Of a stretch of DNA of 64,000 bases, positions 59,132 to 64,000 are shown piece after piece (the first letter of the stretch is position 1; every line of letters starts with the position of its first letter). Under the pieces are notes generated by a model that ran no database searches, had not been told where the DNA came from, and worked only from the letters and a program-made list of their open reading frames with translations. The position numbers and the translations under genes are program-made. Origin of the DNA: Thermodesulfobacteriota bacterium (GTDB lineage Bacteria; Desulfobacterota; Desulfarculia; JACQYL01); NCBI GenBank assembly GCA_963675595.2, contig CAXXLZ010000001.1, positions 672,001 through 736,000 of the forward strand, written 5' to 3'.

Positions 59132-61246
59132 TCAGGTAGAGCCGGACAGTAGGGCTCTCACCTTTTCCAGTTCTTCGAAAAGCTTCGGCAGGAGGCTGTG
59201 GACATCGTCCAAAGATCCCTCTCGCGCATGCGTTTCGATTTGTGCTGCGATGGCGGAGCAGGAATCCGCGCCGATGGCGCCGGTCGAACTTCTGAGGGAG
59301 TGGGCGTGTCGTTCGAGGGATTTGATGTCCGCCGCATCGGACGCCGCTTTGAACTCCGAGATGAGGTTGGGGAGTTCAGTGGAGAACAGGTCCAGGAGTT
59401 CCTGGAATATTTCTTCACTCCCGTCAAGCCTCAGGAGAGCTCTTCGTCGATCGAGCACCCTACCGGACGGATGCACCTCTTCCGACGGGTCGTCGGGCAT
59501 TGCGGCCTTTCCATCGGTGAACCGGTTTAGTATGGCGGCGAGATCGTGCAGATCGAGGGGTTTCGATATGTAGTCATCCATGCCGCTTTGAAGGAATCGC
59601 TCTCGGTCGCCGGTGAGCGCGTGGGCCGTCATGGCCACGATGGGGATGTTTCGGCATTTTTCACCCGCTTCGCCTTCACGAATCCTGTGGACCGCCTCGA
59701 TACCGCCCATGCGAGGCATCTCCACGTCCATGAATACCAAATCGAAGTCGCCGTTGCGTAGAGCCTGGACGGCTTCCCACCCATTGGAAACCACCAGCAG
59801 TTCCCGCGTCCAAGGGTCGAGCACTCCTTCCGCAACCCTTGCGTTCAGGGGTTCGTCCTCGGCGACGAGGACTCTTAGCGAAGCTCCGGGAGACGGGACC
59901 GATCGGCTCGTTTCTTGATCGGCGCTCTCCGGCGGGTTTCCTTGCTCTAAAGTCAACGTGAAGGAGAAAACGCTTCCCTCCCCAGGCCGGCTCCGGAGTT
60001 GGATTCTCCCGCCCATCTGTTCCACCAGACTGCGAGAGATGGCCAGACCCAATCCGGTACCTTCGCGTTTCCCGCCTTCCTGTCCGGTGACTCGCCGAAA
60101 CTTCTCGAAAACTTGGTCTTGTTGGTCGGTGGGAATGCCGATTCCCGTGTCCTTTACGGCAAACAGCAATTGATGTCGAGCGGGCCTCGTACCGGATGCA
60201 GGTTCGGATGAAATCCGTTGCACGTTTACGTATACGCCGCCCGTTTCAGTGAACTTTACGGCGTTACCAATCAGATTGATCAGTACTTGACGGACTCGGC
60301 CGGAGTCCCCCCTAAAGAACAGCGGCAGTTCAGGGTCGAAAAAGGCCTCGAGTTCCAGACCCTTGGCTCGAGCCTGTGATTTCATGATTCGAATCGGTGT
60401 ATCGAGCTGTTTCCGAAGATCGAAATCCACATGCTCGAATTCCAGCTTTCCCGCCTCTATCTTGGATAGATCAAGAATGTCGTTGATAAGTTTCAGCAGG
60501 ATATCCCCGGAGCTTTTTACCGCCTCAAGGTATTCTTTTTGCTCGTCGGTGAGATCGGTCTGCAGCGCGAGGGAGGTTAACCCGATGATGCCGCTCATAG
60601 GCGTCCTGATTTCATGGCTCATGCTCGCCAGGAAATCGGACTTGGCCCGATTGGCGATTCGGGCTTCAATGGCCATGCGCTCGGCTTCTTCGGTCTTGAT
60701 TTCAAGCTTTCGGTAAGATTCCTCGACTTCCTCTTTCGCCTGTCTCAATGATTCCTGAGCTTGTTTCCTGAGTTCGATTTCCTTGCGAAGTTCCATGTTC
60801 GCCGCGCCCAGTTCGTTGGTTTTGGCAGCCAGCAACTCGAGCTTCTCTTTGAGAGCTCTCTCGCGTTCGTCCAGAGTGATCACCATACGATTGAACGCGG
60901 TGGAAAAATCTCCCATGAAATCAACTCGTTGACTGTAGTCTCCGTCGGCGATTTGCTGGGCCTGCCAAGTCAGGTGAGAAAGTCGGGCGTGTAGTTCCTT
61001 GAGGGGGCCTGCAATCAGGTTCTGAGTCCTGGGAAGCTGCTTCCGGAGTTCACCTTTGGACAAGGGAATGGCGAAGTCCCGAATTTCCGCCACGCACTGG
61101 ATGAGGCGATTGATGACTTCCGCGTACTGACGCTCATCGTCCTCCTCGTAGGAGTCCGGGTTGAGGTTCGCGGGAATACCGCCCCTAAGCAGCTCAAGGA
61201 CGGCCATGCCGGTTTCGAAAAGGATTCTTTGGCGCGGCTGGTCCAT
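59132..61246 (-). CDS. cytoplasmic HAMP-HK-REC-Hpt hybrid kinase
   Basis: HAMP (IADGDYSQRV), FLASMSHEIRTP, NLIGNAVKFT, GTGLGL, FMDVEMP, AHSLRS (Hpt); no TM segment. Confidence 0.92.
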   Translation of the reverse strand: MDQPRQRILFETGMAVLELLRGGIPANLNPDSYEEDDERQYAEVINRLIQCVAEIRDFAIPLSKGELRKQLPRTQNLIAGPLKELHARLSHLTWQAQQIADGDYSQRVDFMGDFSTAFNRMVITLDERERALKEKLELLAAKTNELGAANMELRKEIELRKQAQESLRQAKEEVEESYRKLEIKTEEAERMAIEARIANRAKSDFLASMSHEIRTPMSGIIGLTSLALQTDLTDEQKEYLEAVKSSGDILLKLINDILDLSKIEAGKLEFEHVDFDLRKQLDTPIRIMKSQARAKGLELEAFFDPELPLFFRGDSGRVRQVLINLIGNAVKFTETGGVYVNVQRISSEPASGTRPARHQLLFAVKDTGIGIPTDQQDQVFEKFRRVTGQEGGKREGTGLGLAISRSLVEQMGGRIQLRSRPGEGSVFSFTLTLEQGNPPESADQETSRSVPSPGASLRVLVAEDEPLNARVAEGVLDPWTRELLVVSNGWEAVQALRNGDFDLVFMDVEMPRMGGIEAVHRIREGEAGEKCRNIPIVAMTAHALTGDRERFLQSGMDDYISKPLDLHDLAAILNRFTDGKAAMPDDPSEEVHPSGRVLDRRRALLRLDGSEEIFQELLDLFSTELPNLISEFKAASDAADIKSLERHAHSLRSSTGAIGADSCSAIAAQIETHAREGSLDDVHSLLPKLFEELEKVRALLSGST

Positions 61247-61254
61247 ATCGCGTT

Positions 61255-61782
61255 TCAGCGTTCGGGTTTGATCTCAAACCGGCACACCCGATCTCCCGTG
61301 CACCAGCAGTCCACTTCCTTCACGCTGAATTCTTTCCCGGTATAACGTAGAAAGATGCCCGCGAGAAATCCTTCGTCGAAGGTGCACACCGTCTTCCCAT
61401 CAATGGGAAGACCGGCGCAGTCCAGATCCTCCGCCACGGAGACGGTCAGTTCCCATCGCGCCATGTCGGCCTGTTCAACACGGAAAAGGCCGATGCGAAG
61501 GTCCTTCAGGCTCTTTTGGATTTGAGCGAGGAATTTATCGAACTCGAGAGTCTTGTCGAGAACATGGTCACAGAAGTGCTCTCCCGCAAGTTTGCCCGAC
61601 TGATAAATGACTCCTTCCGCAGCCTCCGGGCCGAAGCGGGAAGTCAGCACGTCTTTCATGGCATAGTGGAGCAGTCGGTAGATCAGGACGGGGACATCGG
61701 TGCCGAGGTTCGGGCGTCCAACGCACACGTCGCCGAGTTGTTCCCAGGAGAATCTATTGCTTGCGGGATCTTCCAATAACAT
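61255..61782 (-). CDS. V4R domain protein
   Basis: GRPNLG, EDLDCAGLP, VCTFDEGFLAG, EVDCWCTGDRVCRF. Confidence 0.88.
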   Translation of the reverse strand: MLLEDPASNRFSWEQLGDVCVGRPNLGTDVPVLIYRLLHYAMKDVLTSRFGPEAAEGVIYQSGKLAGEHFCDHVLDKTLEFDKFLAQIQKSLKDLRIGLFRVEQADMARWELTVSVAEDLDCAGLPIDGKTVCTFDEGFLAGIFLRYTGKEFSVKEVDCWCTGDRVCRFEIKPER

Positions 61783-62010
61783 GTCGGCTTCCAAGAAACC
61801 CTTACGAGTAGGGCCAATAGAATATTTTTGGTATCCAATGAACTTCGAAAGTCTTCCTATCCAACATCCTGCATTTTGGGAATGATAGATAAAACACGAA
61901 GAAACATCAACGATTCCCACCCCGGTTCTCGGCGAGCCGCTTCGCAGGCATTTCGGGGATCACAAGGTGTCGATGCGCCGTTTCAGGAAAAGGCGTCCAC
62001 GGAGTCGGAT

Positions 62011-62670
62011 TCATCCGGCTGCGGAGGCCTCAAACGCTTGCTTCGGGAAGATCGCTCCCACAGGGCACACTTCCGCGCACTTGAGGCAGCCTAGGCAAGG
62101 TGATTCCTCCGTTCGGGATTCTTCGGCAAAGTGGATGATCGTCTCGTAACCGCGACGTGCGAAGCTGAGGAAGGGCTGCGCGTGATTTATTCGACACACG
62201 TGGACGCACCTGCCGCAAAGGACACATCGGCCGGGTTCCCAGCCCAGACACGGGTGATCTTGAGACGGTTCTTCGGCATGTTCCAGATGCTCAAGATTTT
62301 TCACCTTCAAACCTACGTTCAAGAACTTGGCGATCTGCTGGAGAGCGCAACCCTTGTTGGCCGGGCAGGTCTTGCAGGCAATTCGATGGGTGGAAAGAAG
62401 CAAACGCAAGGCGGAACGTTGAAGCCTTCTGACGGCTTCCGTATCCGTATGAACGGTCATTCCTTCCTGAACGGTTACCGTACAGGAAGGAATCGGGCCC
62501 TTGAAACCGTCGATTTCCACGAAGCACAGCCTGCATGAGGCGTGGGGCGATTCAATGTCCTCCAGCCAACACAGATTGGGGATATATATCCCGTGGTCCA
62601 GGCATGTTTTCAGCAGGTTCGCACCGTCATCGGCCCGGATTTTACGACCATCGATGAGAATCTCAGGCAC
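62011..62670 (-). CDS. NuoG/HoxU-like Fe-S subunit
   Basis: IPNLC, SCRLC, PSC, H...C..C.....C, CVLCGRCVHVC, CLGCLKCAEVCP; AAGGAG RBS and GTG start. Confidence 0.88.
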   Translation of the reverse strand: MPEILIDGRKIRADDGANLLKTCLDHGIYIPNLCWLEDIESPHASCRLCFVEIDGFKGPIPSCTVTVQEGMTVHTDTEAVRRLQRSALRLLLSTHRIACKTCPANKGCALQQIAKFLNVGLKVKNLEHLEHAEEPSQDHPCLGWEPGRCVLCGRCVHVCRINHAQPFLSFARRGYETIIHFAEESRTEESPCLGCLKCAEVCPVGAIFPKQAFEASAAG

Positions 62671-64000
62671 GGCTTTCTCCTTCCCGGGGAGGCTCGATCC
62701 GCGGCGCCAATTCCGGCGGCGACACTTTGACCACCGCGTCGTATTCGGGCGGACAGGCAACCACGCATTCTCCGCACTTTACGCATTTTTCCTGGTCGAT
62801 CCCCTTCTTGCGGTTGGAGGTGGTGAAAATTGCCTCCACCGGGCAGCATCCGACGCAGGCGTCACAGCCCCGGGCACACTTCTCAAGGTCAATGTAGAAT
62901 GCGGTTAAAGAGCGACATTTTTTCGCGGGACACCTTTTTTCGAAGATGTGGGCTTCGTACTCATCGCGAAAATATTTCAAGGAGGTCAGGACCGGATTGG
63001 GAGCCGTCTTGCCCAGCCCGCAGAGGGAACCGTTCCGTATATCCATGCTGAGTTCCTCGAGTATCTCCAGATCACCTTCCTTGCCTTCGCCTTTGGTGAT
63101 ACGGTCCAGGATATTCAGCAAATGTTTGGTTCCGATTCTGCAGAATGTGCATTTACCGCAGGACTCGTCCTGGGTGAATTCGACGAAGTAGCGGGCCACG
63201 TCGACCATACAGGAGTCTTCATCCATCACGACCATCCCGCCGGATCCCATCATGGCGCCGGCCTCCACCAACGAATCGAAGTCCACCGGCGTGTCCAGGA
63301 ACTTCTCCGGCAGGCATCCTCCGGACGGACCTCCGATCTGTACCGCTTTGAAACTTTTCTTGTTGGGAATTCCTCCGCAAATATCAAAAATCAGGGTTCG
63401 CAGAGTGGTTCCCATGGGAATCTCAACGAGCCCCGGGTGCAAAACGTCTCCTACTACGGAGAAAATGGCGGTTCCCGTGCTTCCTCGGGTACCTATGCTC
63501 CGGTACCAGTCGGCCCCGCGTTTCAGCACTGCGGGAACTGCGGAAAGCGTCTTCACGTTGTCCACCACCGTGGGAAGTCCGCGCAGCCCCTTTTGCACAG
63601 GGTACGGAGGACGATGCTGCGGCATACCGCGTTTTCCCTCGATGGACTGAATCAGTGCCGTTTCCTCGCCGCATACGAAGGCCCCCGACCCAAGAAACAC
63701 GGAAACATCCAAGTTGAAGTTCGTGCCCAGGATGTGTTCACCAAGAAACCCCAGTGCCCTGGCCTCATCAATGGCTCGTTGGATCATTCGCACCGCCAAG
63801 GGGTACTCGGCGCGCACATACACGATGCCTTCCCCCGCTCCGACGGCATAGGCGCAAACGGCGAGTCCTTCCAAAAGTTGATGGGGATTGCTTTCCAGGA
63901 CGGTGCGGTCCATGTAGGCTCCGGGATCTCCCTCATCCGCGTTGCATATAACCACCTTTTGTTCGGAAGGCACGCCTGCCGCCATTTCCCACTTCTTCCC
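62663..64000 (-). CDS. NuoF/HoxF/HydB-like NADH-binding flavoprotein, 5' end beyond the window
   Basis: CNADEGDPGA, GAFVCGEETAL, QIGGPSGG, ESCGKCTFCR, SLCGLG, C-terminal ferredoxin. Confidence 0.92.
   Translation of the reverse strand, partial: GKKWEMAAGVPSEQKVVICNADEGDPGAYMDRTVLESNPHQLLEGLAVCAYAVGAGEGIVYVRAEYPLAVRMIQRAIDEARALGFLGEHILGTNFNLDVSVFLGSGAFVCGEETALIQSIEGKRGMPQHRPPYPVQKGLRGLPTVVDNVKTLSAVPAVLKRGADWYRSIGTRGSTGTAIFSVVGDVLHPGLVEIPMGTTLRTLIFDICGGIPNKKSFKAVQIGGPSGGCLPEKFLDTPVDFDSLVEAGAMMGSGGMVVMDEDSCMVDVARYFVEFTQDESCGKCTFCRIGTKHLLNILDRITKGEGKEGDLEILEELSMDIRNGSLCGLGKTAPNPVLTSLKYFRDEYEAHIFEKRCPAKKCRSLTAFYIDLEKCARGCDACVGCCPVEAIFTTSNRKKGIDQEKCVKCGECVVACPPEYDAVVKVSPPELAPRIEPPREGESRA

Noticed and set aside
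1-64000. CRISPR array, rRNA, intact tRNA, prophage or defence genes
   Set aside because: No regularly spaced repeats or diagnostic motifs were seen by eye; short or divergent elements could have been missed

Overview
About 64 kb of chromosome from a GC-rich anaerobic bacterium. Gene content (Hdr/Mvh, CooS, PrsT-like TPR lipoprotein, GAK cluster, Sec recoding) points to Desulfobacterota/Deltaproteobacteria; this is inference, not a database result. Left to right: partial TPR lipoprotein; pyrF; a cupin-hdrC-hdrB-split hdrA-mvhD(Sec)-metV cluster followed by a degenerate HdrA/MvhD fusion, with no metF; a diguanylate cyclase; DUF3300/DUF2950; a DEAD-box helicase with a terminator-containing leader; a hybrid kinase; a GNAT-nitrilase. 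Next is a solute-binding-protein/MCP pair whose SBP gene is split by an IS1182-family element. A scar region follows (frameshifted methyltransferase, tRNA-Asp 3' fragment), then a seven-gene GAK operon of unknown function. After that come housekeeping genes (bamD, trxA, bS22-like peptide, HAD, RsmF-like, AsmA), a TorF-like porin with a NifA-like activator, a PerR-CooS pair, a V4R/hybrid-kinase module and a partial NuoF/NuoG-like module. No rRNA, intact tRNA or CRISPR array was seen. The best candidates for uncharacterised systems are the extended GAK operon, the MetF-less Hdr-MvhD(Sec)-MetV module, PerR-controlled CODH, the V4R-HAMP kinase, and the SBP/nested-Cache MCP unit. All family assignments come from motif recognition by eye, not from searches.
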